A stretch of DNA of 64,000 nucleotides from an uncultured virus (IMG/VR IMGVR_UViG_3300021957_000020) (lineage: Duplodnaviria > Heunggongvirae > Uroviricota > Caudoviricetes). A program made the translations under genes and the position numbers. Shown here piece by piece: positions 27,155 to 34,462 of the stretch; within the stretch, counting starts at the first letter, position 1; each line of letters starts with the position of its first letter. The notes below the pieces were generated by a model. It was not told where the DNA came from, did no database searches, and worked only from the letters and a program-made list of their open reading frames with translations. The stretch lies in the IMG/VR virus record IMGVR_UViG_3300021957_000020; one strand, written 5' to 3'.

Positions 27155-27434
27155 ACAGCCAACAAAAAATCAGTTAGTAACATACTACACTCTTCAATTC
27201 TTAGATGTTTACACTACCGCAAGAGGTGTAAGAGATTCTAGAGTAAGAGAACTTAATCCAATATATGGCGAAAAACCAACGCCAGGTAAGCTTTTATTAG
27301 GCAAATCAATTACAACAACATACTTGTTTAATGCGAATCCTACTGCCAATGATATACAATTCATGAACAATCTTCTTCTTATGACTGTTCTTAACAACGT
27401 CGACGTTCTCGAATCACAAAATATAAAATTATAA
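26847..27434 (+). CDS. Hypothetical membrane/exported protein overlapping the cyclase 3' end (start uncertain: 26847, 26985 or 27033)
   Basis: C-terminal LQFLDVYTT...ELNP region lies outside the cyclase; no in-frame start near 27154. Confidence 0.55.
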   Translation: MQLTYLLKNSKIKACLGLILALVSTQVLASLETWDPKSGLTIPLLAMPSTLGLDSKDKLAITMGFECCWAQKHINAVKTEASLLLIPSKLKESQKRWTFTLVRQPTKNQLVTYYTLQFLDVYTTARGVRDSRVRELNPIYGEKPTPGKLLLGKSITTTYLFNANPTANDIQFMNNLLLMTVLNNVDVLESQNIKL

Positions 27435-27436
27435 AA

Positions 27437-27536
27437 GTGAAATAATTTGCATAAAAGTGTTGATGTTTCTGTAACAACACTATAGTCACAACCCAAAGGT
27501 GATAAGAGTGCTAATTATTTTCACCTTTAGGTGAAA
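27437..27536. repeat. Inverted-repeat element upstream of early promoter (copy 1)
   Basis: GTGAAATAATT...AATTATTTTCAC arms plus TTTCACCT/AGGTGAAA hairpin; 27440-27467 is the exact reverse complement of 28809-28836. Confidence 0.75.
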
Positions 27537-27542
27537 TAAACC

Positions 27543-27571
27543 TTTACATTTGCTCCCAACTAGTGTATAAT
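27543..27571 (+). promoter_or_regulatory. Early promoter
   Basis: TTTACA-N17-TATAAT; RBS GATAAGGAG at 27590. Confidence 0.85.
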
Positions 27572-27605
27572 ATATAGTATATATTAAAGGATAAGGAGAA
27601 AATAT

Positions 27606-27905
27606 ATGGCTTACAACATTATAGGCAAATCTAAGGAAGGCAGAAAAGGACACTACTCTGCTACAAAAATCGTTACTTACTTCAGAAACAAATTAGGATA
27701 TGATTTGGTTCCAGTTCAAGGACAATACAACAAATACTGGTTCAGAGCCGTTTACAAAAAAGGCGAAAGATTCGACTTTATGGACGGACCTAAGTACTAC
27801 AAATTAGTAGTTAATTGGAACGATTTTGGTATTGAATCTGGCGGTGATCTTAACGGATGGCAGTTCGCTGGAAAAATCAAAACACAATTAAAGGAGGCTT
27901 CATAA
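27606..27905 (+). CDS. Early hypothetical protein
   Basis: Strong RBS behind an early promoter. Confidence 0.75.
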   Translation: MAYNIIGKSKEGRKGHYSATKIVTYFRNKLGYDLVPVQGQYNKYWFRAVYKKGERFDFMDGPKYYKLVVNWNDFGIESGGDLNGWQFAGKIKTQLKEAS

Positions 27906-27979
27906 TGGATTGGGGTTTCATACAAGGGTTGGCTTTATTTGCCTTTCCAGTAATATTAAAAATTTTAGGAGTATCATAA
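27905..27979 (+). CDS. 24-aa hydrophobic peptide (not in ORF track)
   Basis: AAGGAGG RBS; MDWGFIQGLALFAFPVILKILGVS; TAATG-coupled at both ends. Confidence 0.6.
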   Translation: MDWGFIQGLALFAFPVILKILGVS

Positions 27980-28182
27980 TGCAAGCAACAATGATGGAAA
28001 TAATAGAAAGCATCGCTGATGATGTTAATGATACTATCAGAATCGAGTATAACCTCGGTGGTAGTTTTACAGAAAACGAAGTTGATACTTTGATTCTGAG
28101 TAAGATCCCAACGGATCAGGCTGACTTTTTCGGCTTAGAAGAAGTTAAAGAGTTAGTAGATTTAAATTTAATAGGAGTATAA
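27979..28182 (+). CDS. Early acidic hypothetical protein
   Basis: AGGAG before MQATMM. Confidence 0.65.
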   Translation: MQATMMEIIESIADDVNDTIRIEYNLGGSFTENEVDTLILSKIPTDQADFFGLEEVKELVDLNLIGV

Positions 28183-28623
28183 ATGAAAATTATATTTGAC
28201 GTAGACGGTACCTTAATGGACGTCGAACACAGAAGAAAATTCGTTGACGGAAGTCAACAAGTAGACTGGCCAGCATTCGAAGCGGCAACAGTTGATGACA
28301 CACGACATGAGCATATCTTCGAGATAGCAGAATGCATGAAAGATGCAGGACACTCAATAGTTGTTGTATCAGCTAGAAAAGAAAGACAAAGAGACATAAC
28401 TGAAAAACAGTTAGCTGCAACATGCGGTCAATTCTGGGACTTTCTTTTTATGAGACCAGACGATAGCTACGAGCCAGATCATGAATTTAAGAAAAGAGTC
28501 TTGGACGAGCTTATCAAAGCTGACTGGAAACCTGATATGGTTTTCGATGATAGAGATCAAGTCGTTAGCATGTGGAGAGCAGAAGGCATCCCATGTTTAC
28601 AAGTAGCACCAGGAGCATTTTAA
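28183..28623 (+). CDS. HAD phosphatase resembling the PNKP (PseT) 3'-phosphatase domain
   Basis: FDVDGTL, VSAR, LFMRPDD, FKK, VFDDRDQVV.MWR..GIPCLQVAPG. Confidence 0.85.
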   Translation: MKIIFDVDGTLMDVEHRRKFVDGSQQVDWPAFEAATVDDTRHEHIFEIAECMKDAGHSIVVVSARKERQRDITEKQLAATCGQFWDFLFMRPDDSYEPDHEFKKRVLDELIKADWKPDMVFDDRDQVVSMWRAEGIPCLQVAPGAF

Positions 28624-28748
28624 TGGGCAAATTTAGACAATGGTTTAGAAAATGGTTTGATTATCAGATTGAAAGATCTCTGCAGAGAAAAGCTGACAAG
28701 ATGTTCATGAAACACGATGTAGAGTATCGCGATGGTGATAACACATAA
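28623..28748 (+). CDS. 41-aa hypothetical protein (not in ORF track)
   Basis: MGKFRQWFRKWFDYQIERSLQRK...; TAATG-coupled. Confidence 0.55.
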   Translation: MGKFRQWFRKWFDYQIERSLQRKADKMFMKHDVEYRDGDNT

Positions 28749-28750
28749 CA

Positions 28751-28840
28751 TGAAAAATAATAAGCAGAAAAGTGTTGACACCCTAGTGACAACAGTCATC
28801 CTTAGAGTAACATCAACACTTTTATGCAAATTATTTTCAC
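28751..28840. repeat. Inverted-repeat element upstream of early promoter (copy 2)
   Basis: TGAAAAATAATAAGCAGAAAAGTGTTGA ... TCAACACTTTTATGCAAATTATTTTCA arms. Confidence 0.75.
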
Positions 28841-28847
28841 CAAAGTC

Positions 28848-28877
28848 GTTTACAAAACAGCCAGACTATGGTATAAT
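28848..28877 (+). promoter_or_regulatory. Early promoter
   Basis: GTTTACA-N17-TATAAT; RBS GATAAGGAGT at 28893. Confidence 0.85.
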
Positions 28878-28906
28878 ATACATATAATTCAGGATAAGGA
28901 GTAATT

Positions 28907-29176
28907 ATGAAAAAAGCAATAAATGCAATAAACCAAATCGACAACATGGTCGATTTAAACGAAGCTATCGCAGCTTTAAAAGCAAAACAAAAAGCTCTCA
29001 GAGCTTCTCTTGTAGCCGCTAAAAAAGCGAAATTCACAGCTGGTCAAACAGTAAACATCACTTCCCAAAAAGGAAACTTAACTGGGACTATCGTAAAACT
29101 CAATCGTACAAAAGCGGTTGTTGAAATCGATGGCAGACAATATAACTGCCCAATCTCAATCATGGAGGTAGCGTAA
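28907..29176 (+). CDS. Early protein, coiled coil plus SH3/KOW-like barrel
   Basis: FTAGQTVNI...GTIVKLNRTKAVVE. Confidence 0.7.
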   Translation: MKKAINAINQIDNMVDLNEAIAALKAKQKALRASLVAAKKAKFTAGQTVNITSQKGNLTGTIVKLNRTKAVVEIDGRQYNCPISIMEVA

Positions 29177-29682
29177 TGAATAACTTGTTTATACACACAC
29201 AGTACCTAGAAAACTATGGTACACACGACGCACCTTACATGAAGTTCAAAGGTGGTAACACCTACGTCATGAGGAACTGTGGCGAATTTGATAAGCTTAA
29301 TTGCGGCGAATATGATCGCAATCTAATTGCTTCAGTTGTTGCACAGGTTAAGCCTTATATAACTACTGACTTGATAAAGTCAAACGGTGGCTGCGAAGAG
29401 TATGTCACTGATGTTGAAGTCTTAAAAACTGGAATGACAAAAAACGTTTACGATATAACTCCTACAGAGTTTCATATTTACAATGGATCAGTCAACTTCA
29501 TGAAAGTTACTGATAACCGTGAAGATGGTTGGATGAAAAAAGAAATCTTAGATATGACTGAGACTTGGACTAACGATCGTGACAACGGGACTTATAAAGT
29601 ATCTTACTTAATGGAAGATGGAGATTTCTGCGAAAGTCAAGAAGAGCTTAAAGCTTGGTTTACAACTCAGGAGGTAGCGTAA
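29176..29682 (+). CDS. Early hypothetical protein
   Basis: TQYLENYG...YMKFKGGNTY motif. Confidence 0.7.
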   Translation: MNNLFIHTQYLENYGTHDAPYMKFKGGNTYVMRNCGEFDKLNCGEYDRNLIASVVAQVKPYITTDLIKSNGGCEEYVTDVEVLKTGMTKNVYDITPTEFHIYNGSVNFMKVTDNREDGWMKKEILDMTETWTNDRDNGTYKVSYLMEDGDFCESQEELKAWFTTQEVA

Positions 29683-29819
29683 TGGAAAATTGCGAAATGT
29701 TTGACAAGTTCTTAGCTACACTCGATTTAAACGACGAGGCTGAGTATGAATGGGCACAAAGAATGGAACTATTTGCTGTAGGTATTATTAAAGAAAAAGA
29801 GGTAAAAAACGATGAGTAA
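29682..29819 (+). CDS. 45-aa early hypothetical protein (not in ORF track)
   Basis: GGAGG RBS, TAATG coupling. Confidence 0.6.
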   Translation: MENCEMFDKFLATLDLNDEAEYEWAQRMELFAVGIIKEKEVKNDE

Positions 29820-30096
29820 GTCATTTGAACAACTAAAAAAAGAACTGAATCGATTCAAAGAAGAAAAAGAGATGCAGGATATTATTATCAATCTTGATGC
29901 ACGTAAAGCTGTTATCAAAGAACAATCAAAGCTAACTAAGCAAGTTAAAAAAGCTGGTAAGCAATCACCAGGTGGTTTAGATTGTTTCAAAGAAGAGAAT
30001 ATGTATCACAGCGAAAAGAATATTGAAAGATATCTTGAAGGTACATCTTATATGGATGCGTTTGCAGCATCAAAGCTTGACCAGGAGTGGAACTAA
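29812..30096 (+). CDS. Early hypothetical protein
   Basis: 94-aa ORF with GAGG RBS. Confidence 0.65.
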   Translation: MSKSFEQLKKELNRFKEEKEMQDIIINLDARKAVIKEQSKLTKQVKKAGKQSPGGLDCFKEENMYHSEKNIERYLEGTSYMDAFAASKLDQEWN

Positions 30097-30236
30097 TGAA
30101 AAAACTTACAACACTACAGCGAGTAGCAGCTCTTACACAAGCAAGAAACAACGCAAAAGATCCTGACTTTAAATTAGTTTGGGATATGAAGCTTAGACAC
30201 TTAATCAAAATGGCTGAAAGAGGAGAAACATCATGA
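30096..30236 (+). CDS. 46-aa early hypothetical protein (not in ORF track)
   Basis: AGGAG RBS; ARNNAKDPDFKLVWDMKL. Confidence 0.6.
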   Translation: MKKLTTLQRVAALTQARNNAKDPDFKLVWDMKLRHLIKMAERGETS

Positions 30237-30502
30237 GTCAATACAACAACAGAGTTGAAAAACAAAGATTAAAAATAGAAGCAGAAGAATGGGCAAAGGG
30301 CGTAAAAAGCGTACACGCACATTCAATGGATTCTTTATGGTACGATGATAGACCACAAGATACGCAAGACGGTAAGTCAGTCTTTGATATACATTATAAC
30401 GATGACAGCGTAAGAAGAACTACATCAACTAACGAAACAATTATTATGGGTAATTCAATCTCTGGGCAAGAGTTGATAGACAATTATATTCGCAATAAGT
30501 GA
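30233..30502 (+). CDS. Early hypothetical protein
   Basis: GAGGAG RBS; 89 aa. Confidence 0.7.
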   Translation: MSQYNNRVEKQRLKIEAEEWAKGVKSVHAHSMDSLWYDDRPQDTQDGKSVFDIHYNDDSVRRTTSTNETIIMGNSISGQELIDNYIRNK

Positions 30503-30521
30503 AAATAATTGAAAATAAACC

Positions 30522-30550
30522 TTTACATCTACGCCGAACTATGATATAAT
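30522..30550 (+). promoter_or_regulatory. Early promoter
   Basis: TTTACA-N17-TATAAT, preceded by GTGAAAATAATT half-site at 30499. Confidence 0.85.
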
Positions 30551-30557
30551 ATACATT

Positions 30558-30806
30558 ATGAACAAATACTTAATTGAAAAAAACAAACACAATGGTGGTA
30601 TACAAAAAGTATACAGCTTTCCAAATGGCTATGGCGCAAGTGTTATACAACATCAAGGCTCTTATGGATATGAAAAAGGTCTATGGGAAGTCGCAGTCAT
30701 GCTTCACGGCGAGCTTTGTTATGACAGTGGTATTACTGAAGATGTCATGGGACATTTAAATGATCCAGAAGTGGACAATATATTAGGAAAAATATTTAGA
30801 TTATGA
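30558..30806 (+). CDS. Conserved phage hypothetical protein
   Basis: FPNGYGASVI...SYG...GLWEVAV...DVMGHL pattern seen in many phages. Confidence 0.75.
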   Translation: MNKYLIEKNKHNGGIQKVYSFPNGYGASVIQHQGSYGYEKGLWEVAVMLHGELCYDSGITEDVMGHLNDPEVDNILGKIFRL

Positions 30807-30934
30807 AAAAAACAAAAAGACAGTCCGTGAGTACTCTAACTCATACTACAAGAGAAGTCGCTATTCATTTCCTTGCATGGAGAGAAGCGCTTAAAAACAA
30901 ATCAATGATTGGCCACAATGGCGGTCCTAAGTAA
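30803..30934 (+). CDS. 43-aa early protein ending in MIGHNGGPK (not in ORF track)
   Basis: Coupled at both ends. Confidence 0.6.
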   Translation: MKKTKRQSVSTLTHTTREVAIHFLAWREALKNKSMIGHNGGPK

Positions 30935-31284
30935 TGGGTGCAACTAATTTTTATATGGGATCACTAAGGTATTCGCCTTGTGGTCGTAAGAGAAAGAATC
31001 ACGCTTTAAATTCAGTCAAGAAAAGTAAACCTGTATTTAAACCAATGACAATAGAAGTATCTACACTTGATCAGATGCGAGCTCAACAAGAGAAGCAATA
31101 TAAATCTATTATGGAAGAATATATGCAAACAAAAGAGTATCCTACTTCAAACACTAACAAAAAAGAGTCACCCGTATATACAGGTACTCTTGTAAAAGGT
31201 ATTGCTACGATGCATAAATCAAATGCAGTACCAGTCATCAGCCAACAAGAAGCTGAAGACATTTCAAATATGAGGAGAAACTAA
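30934..31284 (+). CDS. Conserved marine phage hypothetical protein
   Basis: YTGTLVKGIATMHKSNAVPV...ISNMRRN. Confidence 0.75.
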   Translation: MGATNFYMGSLRYSPCGRKRKNHALNSVKKSKPVFKPMTIEVSTLDQMRAQQEKQYKSIMEEYMQTKEYPTSNTNKKESPVYTGTLVKGIATMHKSNAVPVISQQEAEDISNMRRN

Positions 31285-31367
31285 TGGAAATTATCATATA
31301 TACAATTATGGCTACTTTAGCTATGGGAACAATTTACTACTTATTTATGGAGAATGACGATGTATAA
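31284..31367 (+). CDS. 27-aa hydrophobic peptide (not in ORF track)
   Basis: GAGGAG RBS; MEIIIYTIMATLAMGTIYYLF. Confidence 0.55.
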   Translation: MEIIIYTIMATLAMGTIYYLFMENDDV

Positions 31368-31626
31368 TTTTGACGACGTAATGAGCAGATTAAGCGATAT
31401 CGAAGAAAAGATAGATTTTCTTATAGAAAAGACTCATGAATACGAAGAACTATCATCGTATCAAAACGAAAATAGATACGCTTTAGTTACTCGAAGACAA
31501 GATGGAATCTATTGTGTACATAAATTTGTAGACAAAGTACTTACAGAGATAGCAGCAATGGGAATACACAATGAAACTTATGCAGAAAATGCAGCAGAAA
31601 ATTGGGTACTCTCAATTAACTCATAA
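31354..31626 (+). CDS. Hypothetical protein
   Basis: YAENAAENWV C-terminal motif. Confidence 0.65.
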   Translation: MTMYNFDDVMSRLSDIEEKIDFLIEKTHEYEELSSYQNENRYALVTRRQDGIYCVHKFVDKVLTEIAAMGIHNETYAENAAENWVLSINS

Positions 31627-31632
31627 ATCAAT

Positions 31633-31680
31633 GGCTAAGCTGAATCAACGCAACTCCTTATCACCCGCGTCAGCTTGGCC
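31633..31680 (+). ncRNA. GC-rich hairpin with anti-Shine-Dalgarno loop (candidate regulatory RNA)
   Basis: GGCTAAGCTGA/TCAGCTTGGCC stem; loop contains ACTCCTTATC. Confidence 0.45.
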
Positions 31681-31694
31681 CTCTAAAATTAATC

Positions 31695-31724
31695 GTTTAC
31701 ATTTGATAAGGAATGTGATATAAT
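31695..31724 (+). promoter_or_regulatory. Early promoter
   Basis: GTTTACA-N17-TATAAT. Confidence 0.85.
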
Positions 31725-31752
31725 ATAACTATAAACATATATAAGGAGAAAT

Positions 31753-32874
31753 ATGGCAGCACGTAAAAAGAAAAGAGGACCAAGTCTTGATGAAAAGTAT
31801 CTTGGACCAGAACCAATCTATACTCAAGAGTCAGACTTTAGTTCAACTGAATGGACAAAAGGCGCTCATTGGTATAACTACTTTTATAAGACAAAAGATT
31901 ATATGCCTACCACGTATCAGTTTGCAATAGACTATTGTGGATACGATAAAAAGAAAGTAGCAGTACTTAAGAGACTTAAAGATTGGAAGTTTAGTAAAGT
32001 CAATAAAATCATTAAACTTCATACTCGTGGATTTGAATACGAAGGAAACAAACTCGATCAAGTCAAAGACTTTATCGACCAGATGTATGTTGAAGGCTTA
32101 AAGCTTAAAAAGATCGAAGAGAAAGAAAAAGCAGCAGTCGTAGTTATCAGTCCAGCTGAAAGAACAAGAAGAAAAGTCTTAGAGACTATCTATCACGATT
32201 GGGATAGAGTCATTGTTGAAGGTTGGTTCGAAGAAGACTACAAACAAGGCTTTAGTTGCTATAACAGATTTAAAGGACATGGATTGAAAGGTAACGCCAT
32301 CAATCTGTTTAAAGATCTTATCGAACCTGAATATGAAAACATTAAAGCAGCGTATGAAAAAACATGCGATGATTGTGTTGAAGGTTATTCACATATCTCT
32401 AAAGGAGATAAGAAAAAAATTATGAAGCAGTTTGAAGACGTATTTGCCGATTTAGAAAAGCTACGATCTTCATTTAAAGCAACAAAGATCCCAAGAGCTA
32501 AAAAAGTTAAGGCATCAGATCAACAGGTCACTAAGTTACAATATTGTACAGAAGATAATGTCGTCAAGTTGACGTCGATTAATCCAGTAATGATACCTGG
32601 TAAGAGCAAGCTATATGTCTACAATAGAAAGAATAAGAAACTTATTGAATACATAACTGATAGTATTGGAGGATTTGAAGTCTCTGGCACATCAATTAAG
32701 AACTTTAATAATTCAAGTAAACAAGCAACCATCAGAAAACCTGATGATATATTACCCATGATACTTAATAAGACTGAGAAACAGATCGAAAAAGTATGGG
32801 AAACATTAACAACAAAAATAAGTAAACCATCAGGCAGAGTTAATGCTGACTGTATTTTAATGAGAGTATTTTAG
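31753..32874 (+). CDS. Conserved T4-like hypothetical protein
   Basis: WYNYFY...SINPVMIPGKSKLYVYNRK...GFEVSGTSI...IRKPDDIL...GRVNADCIL; strong RBS. Confidence 0.8.
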   Translation: MAARKKKRGPSLDEKYLGPEPIYTQESDFSSTEWTKGAHWYNYFYKTKDYMPTTYQFAIDYCGYDKKKVAVLKRLKDWKFSKVNKIIKLHTRGFEYEGNKLDQVKDFIDQMYVEGLKLKKIEEKEKAAVVVISPAERTRRKVLETIYHDWDRVIVEGWFEEDYKQGFSCYNRFKGHGLKGNAINLFKDLIEPEYENIKAAYEKTCDDCVEGYSHISKGDKKKIMKQFEDVFADLEKLRSSFKATKIPRAKKVKASDQQVTKLQYCTEDNVVKLTSINPVMIPGKSKLYVYNRKNKKLIEYITDSIGGFEVSGTSIKNFNNSSKQATIRKPDDILPMILNKTEKQIEKVWETLTTKISKPSGRVNADCILMRVF

Positions 32875-32883
32875 GAGAAAAAT

Positions 32884-33405
32884 ATGTTAACAGTAGGAGA
32901 TTATTTCCCAGCCTTTTCACTGCAGGGAGTTAATAAAGAAAATGAATTTGTGAAAGTGGATATACATGAGACATTCCAACCACTTAAAAAAGATTGGTCA
33001 GTCGTATACTTCTATCCAAAAGACTTTACGTTTATCTGTCCAACAGAAATTGCAGGAATGGATATACTTACAGAGCATGCAAATGTTGTAGGTATTAGTG
33101 GAGATAACGAGTATTGCAAACTGGCTTGGAAACAAGACAACCATATGATTGGAGAAATCGATCATATACTTGCAGCTGACTGTGGATTACAACTTGCAGA
33201 TGAGTTAGGTATTGTTGATCATGATAACGGTGTAGCTTATAGAGCGACATTTATATTTGATAAAAATAGAGTTATTCAACATGTATCAGTAAATGCATTA
33301 GACACAGGCAGAAATGCACAAGAAGTATTAAGAACTTTAAAAGGTTTACAAGCAGGCGGTCTTACAGGCTGTGCTTGGAATGAAGGAGAAGATTTTGTCG
33401 GATAA
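32884..33405 (+). CDS. ahpC: Peroxiredoxin (AhpC/Prx1)
   Basis: FYPKDFTFICPTE, RATFIFD, GRNAQEVLR. Confidence 0.93.
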   Translation: MLTVGDYFPAFSLQGVNKENEFVKVDIHETFQPLKKDWSVVYFYPKDFTFICPTEIAGMDILTEHANVVGISGDNEYCKLAWKQDNHMIGEIDHILAADCGLQLADELGIVDHDNGVAYRATFIFDKNRVIQHVSVNALDTGRNAQEVLRTLKGLQAGGLTGCAWNEGEDFVG

Positions 33406-33640
33406 TCCTATAGACGAAAAGATCATGACAAAGAAGAGATTCTCTGCTGCGGTCGAGCATTTAGTTGCTCATAACAATATGTCATACATAGACGCAGCAG
33501 CATACGTAGTTGAAGAGAGAAAGATGGACTATAAGAACATGAAGAAACTTTTAACTGATTCGCTTAAACAAAAGATCCAAGAAGAAGCAGCAAGCTTAAA
33601 CTTGATTAAAGTTAAGAGAACTAATAAACTACCTGTATGA
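33395..33640 (+). CDS. gp33: Late transcription co-activator gp33
   Basis: FSAAVE...SYIDA...LKQKIQEEAASLNLI; TTG start after AAGGAG; 33-59-32 synteny. Confidence 0.85.
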   Translation: MSDNPIDEKIMTKKRFSAAVEHLVAHNNMSYIDAAAYVVEERKMDYKNMKKLLTDSLKQKIQEEAASLNLIKVKRTNKLPV

Positions 33641-33798
33641 ATCAATTATGGACTATATGGAAATACTCGTTAGGTGGATTTTCAGATGAAAAGACCGAAC
33701 CTTATGATAATTACGTAGCATGTTTACGTACTCTTATTGTTAGCGTTAACTTTTTAACTTGCTTTTTTATAATGGCAAACGTGGTACATAATTGGTAA
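33637..33798 (+). CDS. 53-aa conserved membrane protein (not in ORF track)
   Basis: WTIWKYSLGGFSDEKTEPYDNYVA...CFFIMANVVHNW. Confidence 0.7.
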   Translation: MNQLWTIWKYSLGGFSDEKTEPYDNYVACLRTLIVSVNFLTCFFIMANVVHNW

Positions 33799-34394
33799 TG
33801 AACGATCCTTTCGAGTCTTATAAATTATACAATGCGCTTAAACTCCATTTCGAAACAGATGGATATGACGCAGTTAAGTATCATTTTAAGACTTCAGTAA
33901 AGCCAACATCATTCTTTAAGCGCAAAGATAAATACTTCTTTGCCAAGCTAGCAAAGACATATGAGAACGAATTAAAAGAGTTCTATATTGCTAACTTTAA
34001 AAACGATGTTAAGTATGTCGGTGATATGCTTAACGAAGGTGGAGAACGATATTATAGAGATCATAAAAAGATTATGGAATCTCTATCGTATCAGTTTCAA
34101 AACGATATAAATAAACTTAATGATATGGATGTATCGTTTGATTCGCTGTTAGAAGCAGAAGAAAACAATCATCCATTAATCATCAAGCTTTGGATGCAAG
34201 AAGAAATCCTATTGGAAACAATAGTCATCTTGGATTCAATACTTGGGTTTGTAGAACGTGAAAATAAAAAGATTACGGACACTATCATATGGCCAGATAT
34301 CTATAGAAAGATTATGAAATACAAACCATTCGTAAAGTTCGATCGAGATAAGTGTTTACATTTATTAAAAAAGACCTTTACAAATGCCACGTAA
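33798..34394 (+). CDS. gp59: Helicase loader gp59
   Basis: YNALKLHF...YDAVKY...FFKRKDKYFFAKL...ETIVILD...KYKPF. Confidence 0.9.
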   Translation: MNDPFESYKLYNALKLHFETDGYDAVKYHFKTSVKPTSFFKRKDKYFFAKLAKTYENELKEFYIANFKNDVKYVGDMLNEGGERYYRDHKKIMESLSYQFQNDINKLNDMDVSFDSLLEAEENNHPLIIKLWMQEEILLETIVILDSILGFVERENKKITDTIIWPDIYRKIMKYKPFVKFDRDKCLHLLKKTFTNAT

Positions 34395-34405
34395 TGTGGT
34401 ATAAT
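34377..34405 (+). promoter_or_regulatory. Early promoter for gene 32
   Basis: TTTACA-N17-TATAAT. Confidence 0.8.
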
Positions 34406-34462
34406 ATAACTATACATTATGAATAAAGTGGATAATTCAGTAAATATACGGAGAAATATACT

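Noticed and set aside
19571..27434. Host chromosomal contamination or chimeric assembly of bacterial-type genes
   Set aside because: Genes are start/stop-coupled, carry T4 late promoters and match the base composition of the flanking phage genes; read coverage would be needed to exclude it fully
27437..28840. Repeats read as a mini-CRISPR array or IS ends
   Set aside because: Copies are inverted rather than direct, and no transposase or recombinase lies between them; kept only as a regulatory/recombination candidate
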